64,000 bases of DNA from assembly GCF_002105155.1 (NCBI RefSeq), contig NW_019028988.1, positions 558,001 through 622,000 on the forward strand, read 5' to 3'. How positions within the stretch are numbered: the stretch's first letter is position 1; every line of letters starts with the position of its first letter. Below are positions 28,419 to 42,287 of the stretch, in pieces. The notes below the pieces were generated by a model, which was not told the origin of the DNA, did not search any database, and saw only the letters and a program-made list of their open reading frames with translations. This DNA comes from Lobosporangium transversale. Taxonomy: Eukaryota. The translations under genes and the position numbers were made by a program.

Positions 28419-31361
28419 ATGCCCTCAGACCGACAAAGATCACAATCTGTGGAGCGGAGCTTTAGTCAGCAGGAGACGTATTCTTCTGAACATCAATATC
28501 AAACTCGAGACGATTGGGCAAGTCGCCGTGATACAAACATCCATTCACATTCACGGGCATCACAGCTACGTAGATCATCACCTTATTATATCGAACAGCA
28601 AGAAGATTGTCGTTATACACAGCACCATGACTCGTACTACGGCGAAAATGAGCCAGAATATCGCAACAGCAGCCACCACTACTTAAATGGATACAACGAT
28701 CATGTTCCATACTCAATAAGCAACACGGGCTCTTTTGAGGAACACTATAGTGCTAATGTAATGATGAGAAGTGAACATATGGCTGAGAATGGCAATATTC
28801 GACTGGACAGTGCTAACCAAAACAATCATAACAGTAACACCCTGCATCACTCTACCATCGCCAGCAATAATGGTATCCTGATGGGCAAGCATCGTAACAA
28901 CTCAATCTCATCCAACACTAGCTCCAACAACTCATCCTCATGCTCAGTCAATAAGCATCCCTGCAAGTTCCCAACGTGTGGCTGGAGCTTCAAAAGATTT
29001 GAACACTTGAAAAGACACATGCTTGTCCATACAAAGGAGCGACCGTTCGTTTGTGAGTTTCAAGGATGCGAAAAGTCTTTTAGTCGGTCTGATAACTTTT
29101 CGGCTCATTTGCGTACTCATACCAAGAAATCGATACATATGCGTAAACCCGATCGTCATATGATGGGTCCTATAGGTTTTATGCCAATGGGCATGGGCGA
29201 TGGACACATTACGGGCTCTAACACGACTGTAAGAGCCCCATCATATGGAGCAGAAGCAGGTATGACAACACCAGGAGGGATGATGAACTCCAGTCACTCC
29301 GGAATGGCAAGCCCACGATCATCTCCTGGGTCGACCCAGATTGATGCTGCTTCCAATGGTGGCACACCAGGTAAATTATCATACTGTATCACTTTTTTTT
29401 TTTTTTTTTTTTTTTTTTGTTGACTTAATCCGTAGCATAAGGAATGAAAGTGAACCTGTCTAACACAATGTAATAACGCTTTGACAGTTCATGTGAACTC
29501 CCGTAGGGCACCATCTCATTGTCTACGTGCAACATCCGCTGACTATCACAAAAGGGCTGAGTATGAGACCTCACCATCAACGCCGACATCATTATCACAC
29601 AGCTCATTAGATAGTCAATATCGTCGCCAATATCATCACCAACGTTCACAAAGCTCTTCAGATGTGCATCCATATGACGCTCGTTCAGCAACAGCAAATT
29701 CTCTTGTAAAGCCAGAGCCAAGGAGCTCCTCTCCTAAATCAGTTTATGCCGGGTCAGCCATCTCTGAAATGGAATCAACAAAGTCAGCACTAGTATTAGC
29801 AACATCAAAAGCCAGCTCCAAGAACAACAGCAATAACGTTGATAACAAGAATGTACCAACATTCAACGCCATCAAATTGGATATTAAAGCTGTGTCGAAC
29901 AACCCTGATGACGTTCAACTACATAATCAACATAACTTAATGATGGAGTCTTTCCACGCTCAGGCAGCAGAGCATGAGCGAGACTTTGATCACTATCGTG
30001 GATCTCCTGGCCGTCGGAAGCCAGTGCATCGCCCATTCGATGCAGATCAACATAACCGTCATCACCCAATCCTTAGACCTCGGTCACTCAGTCCCCCATC
30101 CTCTCTTTCTTCACGCTGGGAGCCCAATGTAAATGATCATCACTACCACGACCAGCACGGTTTAACTCTGTATGAAGCTGGTCATAACGGGCCCAATCCC
30201 AACCCTAATGGCGAATCTCCTACGCAGCCTAACAGAGCGACTTTGTCCAATAACAACATGTCGATGCCATTTGCATCTCATTTCGTACCATCGAATGAAA
30301 TGTCTGACCGTCGTAATGGAGGCTACGGCTCTATGATGCATAGTGAAGGCGAAGAGGATATTGACTATGATGGCGCAGACAGGCTATCAAGGGATCAAAA
30401 GAAGAGTGGTGACAAGGCAGATTTCTATAAGCCGACTCATCATCTCTCGCATGGCATTTACGAGTCTGTCCCTTCATTCCAACTACCAGCACGAAGCCAT
30501 CCAGATGGGCGTATGGACTCAGTACCTATATCCATGGACGAAGATGAAGATCCTATGCGCTCTCCCGCCAGAGATTGGCATATAGCAGAGGGATACAGTG
30601 GACCATCATCCTATCCGGATTATCCTCATCATCGCCATTCGTTTTCGGAATATAAAGTTGACCATTCCTCTGTGGCTGATAGTCGATCCCATGCAGGCCC
30701 AATGATGTCTCCAAACAGGATGCATGTATCTTTGTCGTCATCATCCTTATCGTCTTTGACTTTGCCTAGTCCCGGCAGCCAACAGCAGCAAAATCGATAT
30801 CAGCATCATCATCGTTCACAATCGGAGCAGTACTATTCGACTTATCCTCACCATATACCACTTTCGATGCAGACTTCTATGGTCCCCAGCAATAACCAAC
30901 ACTCCATGATGATGGGTGTAGGGGAAAGTGAAGCAGTAGCAGTCATGATGCCGGGAGTTCATCCGGGGCGGATGCGTGGATCGGCTTCGTCTGCCAAGAA
31001 CCATTGCTGCTCTGTGCCAGGGTGCATGAAGCGATTCAAGCGGCTGGAGCATTTGAAGCGCCATATCAAGACTCACACATTAGAACGGCCCTTTGCCTGC
31101 ACAATGCCGGGATGTAACAAGCGATTCTCGCGTTCTGATAATCTCTGTAAGTATAACTTTATTCATAACAAAACACCTACTTCTGAACGGCACTTTGGCC
31201 TAGTTTCCTTTTCTTTTAGTAGTAAACACCTATTGACATAAAAAAAAAATACTTTCTCCTTAATAGCCCAACATACCAAGACGCATCAACGTCAAATCAT
31301 GAACAAATCGCACTGGAAGCAACGAGCGAGCTTGTCGAGCATGTCAAGCATGTTTGAGTAA
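28419..31361 (+). CDS. C2H2 transcription factor with two separate finger pairs; exons 28419-29370, 29488-31146, 31267-31361
   Basis: Pair 1: [55 protein letters not shown]. Pair 2: CSVPGCMKRFKRLEHLKRHIKTHTLERPFACTMPGCNKRFSRSDNL|SQHTKTH, completed by the spliced third exon. Confidence 0.9.
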
Positions 31362-31667
31362 AAAGACTGTTTGATGTAGTTGTATTTATCATATCTCATT
31401 TCTATTTTTTATATCCCTTGTATCAGCTGTTACTTTACTTATTATCTTTGTTTCCATTCGTCGCTTTTCTGTCTGTCTTTCTGTCTTTTTTTTTTTTTTT
31501 TTTTTTTTTTTTTCTATTTGTATGTTCGTTTATTGTCAAGAAAACATGTAAATAGTCTCATTTAACGCGTCGATTTCTATGTGAATTATTAAAAATATTT
31601 GTACATATTCATTCTTTACTTTTTTATTTTTTTTATTTTTATTTATTTTTTCACGGTCGATTGACCT

Positions 31668-34600
31668 CTAAATCATCTTTTTAATACTTGATGATTTTCC
31701 ATTTTCTGTAGCAAAAGATGAGTTTGAAGGCGTGGTAATTACATGAAACCTGGGTATGGTTGTTGTTGGTGCTGTAGTCACAGAGAACCATCCTTGTTGC
31801 GGTTGCTCAGCAAGGGGCATAGCCCCCGTGGCGGCCGTAAGCGCCGCAGTTGGGTTAAACGAGGGTTCTGTTATTTTATTGTACATGTACATGTTTGTAG
31901 TCGTCATGATTGGGACTTGAGGGTGATGATATTTGTGCTGTTGCTGTTGTTGAGACTTTGGTATTGTTGATATAAGATGTGACCACCAACTATCGTTGTT
32001 GAGAGGTAACGGTTGCCGCTCTTGTTGTTGTTGTACAAGCTGGGGCGGAAGCTGGCAATGGTGGTGCAATTGTTGAGCCTGTTGCTGCTGTTGCTGCTGT
32101 ACTGTCCACTTAGGCTCTGGGAAGGAAATGAAATTATGCTGTGGTATCGAGGGGTGGGATGGTGGTGAAGGTGAGGAAAAAGTTGAGGATGAAGGATAGT
32201 AGGTGGAGGAGATGGAGGACACGGAAGGTCGTTGGTCTAGAGGGGATGGGACGCCAGTGAGCGGTAGCGGGTGTTGGGGCCTTCTGGCGTCATTTTTCTT
32301 TAGTGGGTGCGTATCAAGCGATCGCATCAAAGGCGCGGGTAGACGATCCTCATAATCAATTGAAGCGTGTCGCTGACGCTTAGGCGAGGCAGGATAACTT
32401 GGAAGCTGGGAGAACCCAACAGTAGTTCCACGAAGCGCAGGGTTTGAGTTGGGTGGTGATGACGGTGACAAAGATTGAGTACGCTCTTCGGCCTCTGCTA
32501 CCACTGCTATTAGGCGAGATGCGGGGGAACCTATGAAATGATTGTAGGCGGACGTAGTAGTGGGGATAGGCGAGCCGGCAACAGGTGTTGATATAGATGA
32601 TGGTGGGCCCAAGTACGAATTGGTTAGAGCAACTGGAACGACCCAGCCCCCTTGTTGTTGCTGGTCTTTGTACTGCTCACCAGCTTTAATCTCAACTTCA
32701 GCTTTTGCTCCTAGACCCGGGTCGGCTTCATTAATTGCCATTCCTAACATTCGCTTTTGCCTTTGTTCCTCACGTTCACGACGATGATCTCCTCCTTTTT
32801 TAGATCTTTCTTCGCAATTGTTACTGCTGGCTCCTGAACTTGTTTTTCTGCCTGCTTCTGTTGGTGCAGCGGGTCCAGACTTTGAATTGAGACCACCTCG
32901 GACTCTCTTCTTGATCACGTCCGTCTTGAGACTCAATGGGCGGACACGGCCGTGGAGCTTCAGGAACAGCCCACAAGCATTGCAAAGCGGCTTTCCTCCT
33001 TCATCTCGTCGCCAAAGAGGCGTTCTTTTTGTGCTGCAGTTGGTACACTGCGTCTCGTTCGATGTAGTGGGAGCGGTAGCAGAGCTGATGGCAACTGAGG
33101 GAGCAGCAGTAGTTGGCATAGACGTTGTAAAACCCTCATCCTCCGTATCAGAACTAGTATCAGTCACATCGATTTTTCTGGATGATATTTGCCATTGAAT
33201 ATGATGGAGTTTGCTTTGCTCGTTAAAGAGTGGGTTAGCCATACGATTAAGAGTCATATTGAGCCTACCCGAGGTAATATCAGTAACAGTTGCAGGGTTG
33301 TCTGTAGTAAAATAATTATATTGATCGTTCGATGTAAACCAAGGTGGGGCAGCAGACACCAAGCATCCTGTAGATTCAATGTTTGTGGTTTCCAAAGGGC
33401 CGTCAAACGGGTTCATTCCAAATTCACCACCTGCCTGCTGCTGTGCGAGAGGGCCTAGGGAATACGCATTATCACTAAGTGACGACGCTGAAGAGCTCTG
33501 GAGTACCATAGGATTATCGAATGACTGTTGATGGGCCGTGGATTGTTCAGGATAAAAGAGTGCCATATTAGTTGCATTCCCTTTCAGCTCATTTACTTCA
33601 GTGTTAAGTGCCTCCACTCCAGTCATCGGCTGCAGAGGCCGGTGGTGCTGAGACGAAGAAGCGAACAGAGCGTTGAGAGCATGGGCATCGTCTAAATTTG
33701 TTGGTGGCAACTTTTTTTTGGTATTGGCATTCCCGTTAAGGTAAAATTGATTAGTGAGAAGATAAAGATGAGTGTGTTTCTCGGACAAAGCTGGTGCACA
33801 ACATTACTCAATATGCCTAGGTTTGGATTTTACCTCATGTTCAGATGACATATGGACAGGTGGGATAACCTTCATGGGGTATATAGATCTAGGAAGACAA
33901 GCCTTCTTCGACTGCGTAGTAGTATCTACGCATAGGGCCTCAGGTAAGAAGCCCATAGTAGCGGTAACGTCTACATGACCGTATGAAGAAGCAAGTGTCA
34001 TGGGGCAGGCATCCTTAGCTGTATTTGGTATGCAGGAATTGGAGGCACTGGTAGCAGGCAGTGGTGGGTCTTGGATGTTGGTATTGAAAGGGCGATGAAG
34101 TGGGGAAGGAGGGACATTCGATCTCTCGAAGAGATGCTCCGCACTTGAAAAATCTTGCGCACTAATAGGTTCTTTCGAGCTAAACAAATGCAAAAACGCG
34201 TTGAGACACATGCATTTGGTATTGATTGGGGATAACAAAAGATAGCGGAAACGTGGACGTTCAAGAGGTTGTCCCAATAGAATACGATCGGAGACTGAAA
34301 AAATACAAAAAAAACTCAAAAAAAGCCATGGTCCCACAGGGCATGAAGTGTTTTTTTTTTTTTTTTTTTTTTTTTTTCAAATGAAAAAAAAAGGGATGAA
34401 CAAAACAAACAAAGCCAAATTGTTTTGCCCAATTGCCCATATTTTGGACAACTTTTTTTTATCGTAGTCCGTGTAATCAATTCGTTATCTTTGTGAGCGC
34501 TGTTGTGGATGAAGAAGCTCTTGTTGTGGTGTTTGTAGTTGGACACTTCCAACTTACGATAAGGTAGAATAAACACACACAAAAAGCTTACTCATTTAAC

Positions 34601-35480
34601 AGTTGGTGGCAGGGTTCTACACGTGATCATTCAATTCAACAGAATAGCCAGAAAGACCTCAATCGTTTACATTTACTGAGATAATTACAATAATGGAATA
34701 TTTGTACCGCCACCCTGCAAAATACCCAATGTATATAGTATTGTTGATAGATACCAAAGGAGAATACAAAGATAAGAATAAAACTATTGTGGGAACTATG
34801 CTTTTCTTTCTTTTTTTTCTCCTCAAATGTGATAAAAACAAAAAGCGGAATAGAAAGTTTTCAAACTGATAAGTGTTTTAAAGTACAAACCTTGGCATGC
34901 AAGCATCTGTGTTAACATCGTCTGGGGCAGCGTCAATAGAAATGACGGTGTCAGTCGAAGAAGCTGTTGAGCACCTCATAGCCATCATGCGCCATGTCAG
35001 ATTTTCAAGTCTCCGGCCATTGGGCAATAAGTCTTTAGCACGACAGTATTGCTGCCAAACTTGCGCAGCAAAAGGGCTGTCTCGATGCTTATTGGAGGTC
35101 ACTTTGTTGTTATCGCCATTATGATTGCCGCACTCTTTATCTTCTTCATTACCCTTGGCCGGGCTATCACACGGTGCATCGAGATTCTCCCAATTAATAT
35201 TAGAAGCGGAGATAGCCCCTTTAGGTTCTTTAGATGTGCCAGTAGCTATCGTGATACGAGACGGTACATTTGTCAAGGTATCAGACAGAGATAAAGAGGA
35301 TGATGATAAGGATGAGGGGGGACGAGAGATAGGGACAGCTGGTTTCCGTTTAGGGAAATTAATGGTTGCGGCCGAGAGTAAAGATCCAGAGGCCGCGAGC
35401 TGTGAAGAGAAGGATTGTTCTTGATCTTGATGTGTAAGAAAAGCAATTTTCTGATCAGCATGTTGCATAGTTACAGCCAT
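31668..35480 (-). CDS. areA: AreA/Gat1-type GATA transcription factor (about 3 exons: 35480-34891, 34179-~33833, ~33710-31668)
   Basis: N-terminal DUF1752-like motif [32 protein letters not shown] finger [48 protein letters not shown]. Boundaries of the second intron are uncertain, and orthology versus paralogy to areA is untested. Confidence 0.85.
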
Positions 35481-35811
35481 TTTTTTCTTTCTTTCTAGTA
35501 GATCAGATCAGTGTTAGGAAATGATAAGTAAGAAGTGTCGATAACGATTCTATTCAAGTGTTGGAAGAGTGAGAAATAAAGAAAGAGAAAGAGTTATGCG
35601 AAGAAGATAGATGAAGTGAGCAGAAACCTATATTAAGTAATAAGAAGAAAGAGGCCCTCCACAAGCCCACGGACACCAAACTCAAGCTCCAAATAATAAC
35701 CGGTTTGCAATATAGACGTCAATCTTGAACTTCATGATTTTCTTTATATTAATACATTTATTGGTTTATATTACTATTGTACAATAATATGAATTTATCA
35801 AATCAAAATTA

Positions 35812-37701
35812 TTATGCATCACGTTTTGAACCCATTTGCGGCCAGTTAGTATCATCCCCAATGAAGTCGTCAGATTCTTGAAGATCGGCAGAATCTTGAT
35901 AATTATCTGAAACATCCGGTATCTGATGACCAAGACCGTCAGTGAGGTTAGTACTTGATTCAATATCTGAATTATCAGAGATAGAGGAGTACCAGGCCCC
36001 TGATCTTGTGCTTTTCGCAGTTTCAATTCCAGCTGAAGATGTCACCGTTGTTTCAACACGGTTAAAGTCACCTCTCAAAAGGTTTCTAGGTATGGTATTG
36101 CCTGAGCTCCTATTCTCGGTTACTAGTCGCAGCATTGCCATGGTACGGTCACCCACATGTGGAGAAAATAATGGGTGATGCAATTCAAGATGTTGCGACT
36201 CTTCTGGATCCGTTGCTCGATCTGTACTGTAGCTCTCCTCAAATGTCACTGATGTGATTGTCTTTGTTGTCATTGTCATAGTTGATTCTTTTTGTCCAGT
36301 ACAATCATGGCCACTCTCAGTGTCATGTTTGGCGCTTTCATATTGACTTTCAGTACCGTTGCTATTGTCACAAATAGCCTCCGATTTCTCGTCAAAGACA
36401 TCGATATGCCTCTCCGGTTCTTTGCTTACGGGAGCAGGTTTCGGTGGTACGTCCGTGTTGCCACTATCTGTAGACGCTGAGGGCTTTGGTTCTTTGGTTG
36501 GGCCATCATTTGGTACAAAGGGTGCTGTTGGTGCTGTTGGTACTGTTGCTGGTGAACCATCTGAGACTGGAATGCAAACTCCATACAGATCCTCTTCATT
36601 GTATAAGACATCATCAATAGTCCAACGGTGAAAACAGTGGCAGCTGAAAATATGCGCATAAAGATCTGATTTAGCCTTAAGGCAATGATGGATCTTTTGC
36701 CCAATAAGCTCCCTGGGCCGTTTCCCAAATGGCCTTCCATATATTCGAAAAAGAGCCTTTCTATCCATCAATAGCGGTGCAGAATGATGCCAAAACTCCC
36801 ATCCAATACCAAGACCTGCCAAGATAAGTGAGAACCCAAGCATCAAGTAGACATCCCAGCTTGGATGGTAGGTGAATGTTTTGCCCGTAAAGTCGAAGAT
36901 CACGATCATTTCACGATAACCAACTTGGGCGAACTGATCGACACCAAACATGAAGATGTACGCGCCCCCAAAACTAGTGGAGAAAATGATGAAAAATCGT
37001 TCGAAAAATGTAGCGAGAGCGGCTCCTCCCAGAATAAATGATCCCATAATCACATATCGCCCAGCGTTCGTGATTGAGAGGTTGGCAATGGCAACAATGC
37101 TCATAGCTAGAGCAAACCCGCCAAATGCACCCGTGAATGTAACGCCGAGATCCCAAAAGCGGAACGATAGTATCGAGCCCACGAGACCAGCTGCCAACCA
37201 AAGCCAAAAGTAATAGTACTTTGGTATAAACGTCGTATAGATGAGGTCCCATCGAATCGCAAGCATAATCATCATGGCGGCAACCGCTATGAAACAAATG
37301 AAATAGGCATTGTATGTCAGTGTTTTTTTCCTGATATTTCTTTTTATACGACATTGTTATCTGTTTTGGTTACCCCAAGCAAGAAATCCAGTGACAAAGA
37401 GGGTTAACCGAATGAACTTGAAGCCATAAAAAACTTCAAAAAGTCCAATGAGAATGAAGGTGACGCCCAATGCCCAATTTTGTTTTGATATTCTGTTAAG
37501 TTGTCCAATGTCTAAATCGATAATTCCATCATTGATAGGTGTAACAGTCGTTGGTATAGCGAATGTGCATGACAGGGATATCAAAAGTAGCAGTAGTAAC
37601 CGGCACAACTTTTGCATATGGACACGAACATTTACAAGGTATTTCGCATTTGTTGCATCAGCAGCAAAACCTATTGACAGTTGTGATTTAGTGGATATCA
37701 T
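35812..37701 (-). CDS. DUF4203 (TM7SF3/TMEM198-like) multi-pass membrane protein; exons 37701 (or 37617)-37374, 37286-35812
   Basis: Signal-peptide-like MQKLCRLLLLLLISLSCTFA. Family-like motifs IGLFEVFYGFKFIRLTLFVTGF, GAFGGFALA and STSFGGAY..MFGVDQF. Acidic disordered tail. Confidence 0.8.
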
Positions 37702-38618
37702 GGTTATGGTGTTCCGTAGTAAATCATTTCCAGCAAAAGAGTCTATTTGCTGCTTATTGTTGAGGGTTTAGCGAGAGTGGATAGGGTAATTGCTGAAGAG
37801 GGATCCTTTCGAAAACGAGTATGGTATTGGAGAAAATTAGGTGAAAGAATGAAAGAAGGGACGAAGTTGTTACATATTACATGTAGATCTTTAACTTGAT
37901 GCCAGGTCTCTGAATGTTCGATTGTTCAGTATCCTGTGCGCTCGTTTGGTTAGGGGTAACACTCTTTTGCGTTGGTTCCTGCAACACATTATGATAATGC
38001 CTGTTTACATGCCCATGCTCTCTGTTGCACGCCATGTCACCAAGGGCTTTGCTTTGAACTGATGACCTCTCACATCCCCCCTATTTTTAAAAGACTGCCT
38101 CAGATATTCATGTCACAAAAGCTTAGTTTATGCGACTCTACTAAATTGCATTAGAAACAAAAAGGCTAATATGCTTAACAGGAGCTGCCAGGTGAAAGAG
38201 GAAACTAGGGCCTCTCTTTTCTTATACCCATCCCCATGCTCCTTATCCCCTCACTTCATTATTTATGCTGCAAAACATCCACCAAGGTGCAAAAGTAACA
38301 GCTTTGGATTTTCAGCTTATATATCACTCGTATTTTAGTCATGCAGCCTATTTTATTATCAGTTGAAATCTAGAAGAGGCTTCTTTTCGGTTGTTGTTTT
38401 TTGCAGCCATCTTTACGGTTCTTTTTATGCTTTGTACTTGAGTCTCAGAAGCTGGTGTGCTTTGGCGTCCATTTTCTGCGGTATACGACAGGTTATTAGG
38501 GATCCTTTCGCCCGTGACCGCTGTACGACCCTGTCGCCACATCAAGTCACTTTTTAATAGACTAGCGATCTTTTTTGACGTCAATTTTCTCTTATTCATA
38601 CACAAGCAATTTTTCGCA

Positions 38619-41329
38619 ATGGGAGACCCAGCTGCTGATCTCGCTGTTCAGGGTGTGTGGTCAAAACGATTAGACATGGAGATTCAATTTCAAAGATGAG
38701 TAATGCTGATTGCGTTAATTCCACATATAAAAAAATATATATATATATCGTATTCTCCAGGTACGAACACATCTAGTATAACATCGAAGCGAAGCTTGGA
38801 GCGCTTGGGGTATTTGCAACCATGCCATGTCGAAGGAGCCACGGAAAAGGATTCGCCATTAATGCTAAAATATGTGGTTCAAAAGCCCAGTCGGCGTTCG
38901 CCTGTCATCAACCGCTCTTATTACTACCGTACAGAAACCATACGTTTGTTGGTCGAAGGTTGGATCCAAGAATGTGAGACGCTTGGAATGGATAATTGCG
39001 CCGTAATTAGTCTGGGATGTGGATTGTAAGAATGAATTTTGGTTGTGGCTCTTTTCAATCTGTAATTCTGTTTGATCTACACCTCTCTTTCCTTCTCCAT
39101 GAATGTGTCTATTGAAGGCTACTAGTATTAAATCAACAAGTTGTTTATCTTTTTTATTTTTACTTTTTAGCGATCCAACGTTTTTCCGGCTAAAATTATT
39201 ACAAGAGAGGAGAGAAACCAGGACAAAGCTCAAATATATTGACATTGACTACCCTACGCTCATCATGGAGCGACTCTACATGGTTAGGAATCAGGAAAAG
39301 CTATTTGATCTTCTTCCTGAGAATCCGTCAAAGGACGATGTGGCAGAGTTCGTCTCGGATACATATTCATGTCTTGGCGTTGACTTGAGGAACCTAAATG
39401 AATTGGAGAAGAGGCTTGAAGAAGCAGGTATCACCAAGAAAGGAGGACAGCAACAGACGCGGATGCCCATTCTTGTGGTCTCTGAAGTCGTTCTGGCATA
39501 TCTTGAAGCCGAAGAATCAGATGCTGTCATCAAATTTTTCGCCGACTTCCCTGAAGGTTCGACACAAGAGAAGGGCGTAGTACATCATGACTTTTCATAT
39601 CTGAGTGGCTCTTTAAGTGGACTGTTAATCACTATTTTTTTCCTTTATGATAGCAACTTTTGTCCTGCACGAGCAATGTATCCCAACATTCGATGTAGAT
39701 GAACAAGGGAATGAAAACTTACATCCCTTCGCATTGACGATGTTTCGGCACTTTGAAAGGACCATGACACCTCTCAAGACACTTCGTGAGTATATGAGCA
39801 TTGAGGATCAGCGCGACCGATTCCAAGAGTTGGGGTGGCCCAATTGCGAAATCATGAATATGAACCTGATGGCCGATTTACTTGTTACGCCCAATGAGTC
39901 CGACCATCTCAGGATATCTCAACTGGAGCCTTTTGATGAATACGATGAACAACATTGGATCGGATCTTATTATTTTACTGCCGTCGCCTCAACGGGCCCA
40001 AAGGAGGGTGTATCCGTCCCGACTCGGAGTCCTGATGTCCTTCGAGGCATTGGATTGAGTGCAAAGCTTCAGCACGCTTTGTTTATGACTGAGACTCCTA
40101 TGGATAAATCGAGCTACATCAGTATTGACCATAAGTCAGCATCTGCGTCCTCTTCACAACGTTCGATCGTGGGAAGTATCAAATGGGCAGGAGAAGTTCT
40201 GTTCCCAGGTTTGGACATTAACCGAAAGGGCCATTCGCTTACTATCTTGGGGGACTATGCATATGCTTTTGGAGGCTTTGGTCTTGATGCTTCAGATGGT
40301 CTAGAAGATCAGAGGATTTTCCGCGCTCGGTCGCAACAAACACGGCTAGCCACCATGTTACGGATCAATCTGCAAGATGGAACCTCACAGATGTTACCCC
40401 GTGATGACGACGAACCTGCACCTCGTATGCACCATTCTGCTGTGTCAACGCTGAATGGCTCTACGATATACATGTACGGTGGCAGAGACGGTCCCACGAA
40501 GGTGCATAACGATGTTTGGAGATTCACTCCAGAAAATGGATGGGACCCCATATGGCGCGCCAGAGTGAACCCTATGAGTAACCATCGGGCCCCAAGCGGG
40601 CTCTTTAAGCATACTGCCAATATGATGGTAATTGATGATAAAGAGATGATGGTCGTTTATGGAGGAAGAAATGGAGCTGGAGAAGCTAATGAGACGATCT
40701 GGGCGTTTGTTATTCCGGATAATCAATGGGTGCCATTTATGTGGCGCAGTTCAGAACGGCAGCCAAAATACAAAGGGATCTTTTCACATAGCAGTGTTGT
40801 TGTCAAAGATGAAGACCAGAGGAATGTATTGCTTGTTATTGGGGGGATTCATGGGAAAGATGAAAAGGTTCTTAATTCTGTTACAAGGGTTACGATGGGG
40901 AGAACACTGAATATAGATGAAAACACAGTGCTACATTGGGCAGAAGCTGATGAGATAAGCTTACAAGAGATAAACGACAACAGTAGCGCAGGTAGAAGTA
41001 GTAATAGCGGTGACCATGCTCATGTTCATTCATTATTCAAGCCGAGGTTCGGCCACACGAGTGTGGCTGTTGATGAAGATCGAATCTTGGTCATTGGAGG
41101 AGTCTCATCTCCAGGTCTATTGTTATGGCAAGAGACCGTCGTGGAGATCCGACTAAAGGCTCGTACGTTCCAATATCTACGTCCTTCATCATTTCGAGAA
41201 CTGGTGATGGTAAACCACGCCACTGTATTGGATAACAGCCGAAACCGGATCATTGGTATTGGTGGAGGAGGAACATGTTTTGGTTTTGGGGCGTGGTGGG
41301 ATGCTGTGGGATGGGCTCTAAAGCTTTAG
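38619..41329 (+). CDS. TYW4: tRNA wybutosine-synthesizing protein 4 / leucine carboxyl methyltransferase 2 (LCM domain plus Kelch repeats), multi-exon
   Basis: DLAVQ|GTNTSSITSKRSLERLGY, RRSPVINRSYYYR, VISLGCG, IDIDYP, EVVLAYL and LEPFDEYDE. Kelch repeats PRMHHSA, YGGRDGP and PRFGHT. C-terminal GGGGTCFGFG. Confidence 0.92.
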
Positions 41330-42287
41330 ATGTCTCTGTCTACCGCGTATTATAAACCTATAAAAAAATAAATAAATAAATAAATATTGAAGTCTTGCAT
41401 AGAAATTCGAGTAGAAACGCGACTGCGCAGCAGAGAGAAGAATCTCCTACTCTTTATTCTCGGTACGCATAATCCATATCGCGTCTTTAAATGCACGGAT
41501 AAGCGTTTTTATATCCGCGCGTCGGAAGCCATGGCGCTGCCACGCTGATCAACAGGAAACGGCGGCGGCAGAGCGGAAGTACCATTAAGCGGATCTTTAA
41601 GTAAAAAAATTCAGCCAATCTTTAATAGCAATAAGATATTTTAGGTTCACTTCTGTTGGTGTACAGAAATTGATCCATCCATCACAATGAAACTGTTTCT
41701 TCCCCTGGAGGAATAAATAACCCAGAAAAGAGGTTGTTTGCCTTCGTAAGTTAGAGCCTGAAGCTTAGGATAAACTGCGCACGGATAAAATAAAGGGCCA
41801 TAGACCCCTTGGAAGAGTATTGTTGGCGCAATTATGCCCGACTTACAATCAGTGATCCTCGCCGCTTATTTAAATTGTATAAAAAAATATATTGCGCTTT
41901 GAATGACATGAAATGAAGCCATGATGCATGACCCCCTTCTTTGTACGCATGCATACTCCGCAACTTCATGGGCGCTCGCTACCATCTTTGCTTTTTTTTT
42001 TTTTTTTTTTTTGAGAGTAAATACCCTCATAGCTTTTGGCTTCATACTGAAAGCTTGTCACAGATATGACATAGTGATACTGCTTTGAAATATCAAGCAG
42101 ACGATGTAATGTGTATTTTATCAATGAAGGAGCTCTGGTATAAAAAGCGATCATCAATACAGAGAAAATCGAAAAAAAAAAAAAAAAAAAAAAAGTGTAC
42201 ACGCATCTTAACACCACTTCCATTAGCTTTCAACATCTATAAACTTGCATCTTTCTCCATATAAACAGGGGCCACTAAAAAACCGCC

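Noticed and set aside
41545..41570. CTGATCA...GAAAC hammerhead-like core
   Set aside because: The core deviates from CUGANGA, helix II is absent and the flanking stems do not form.
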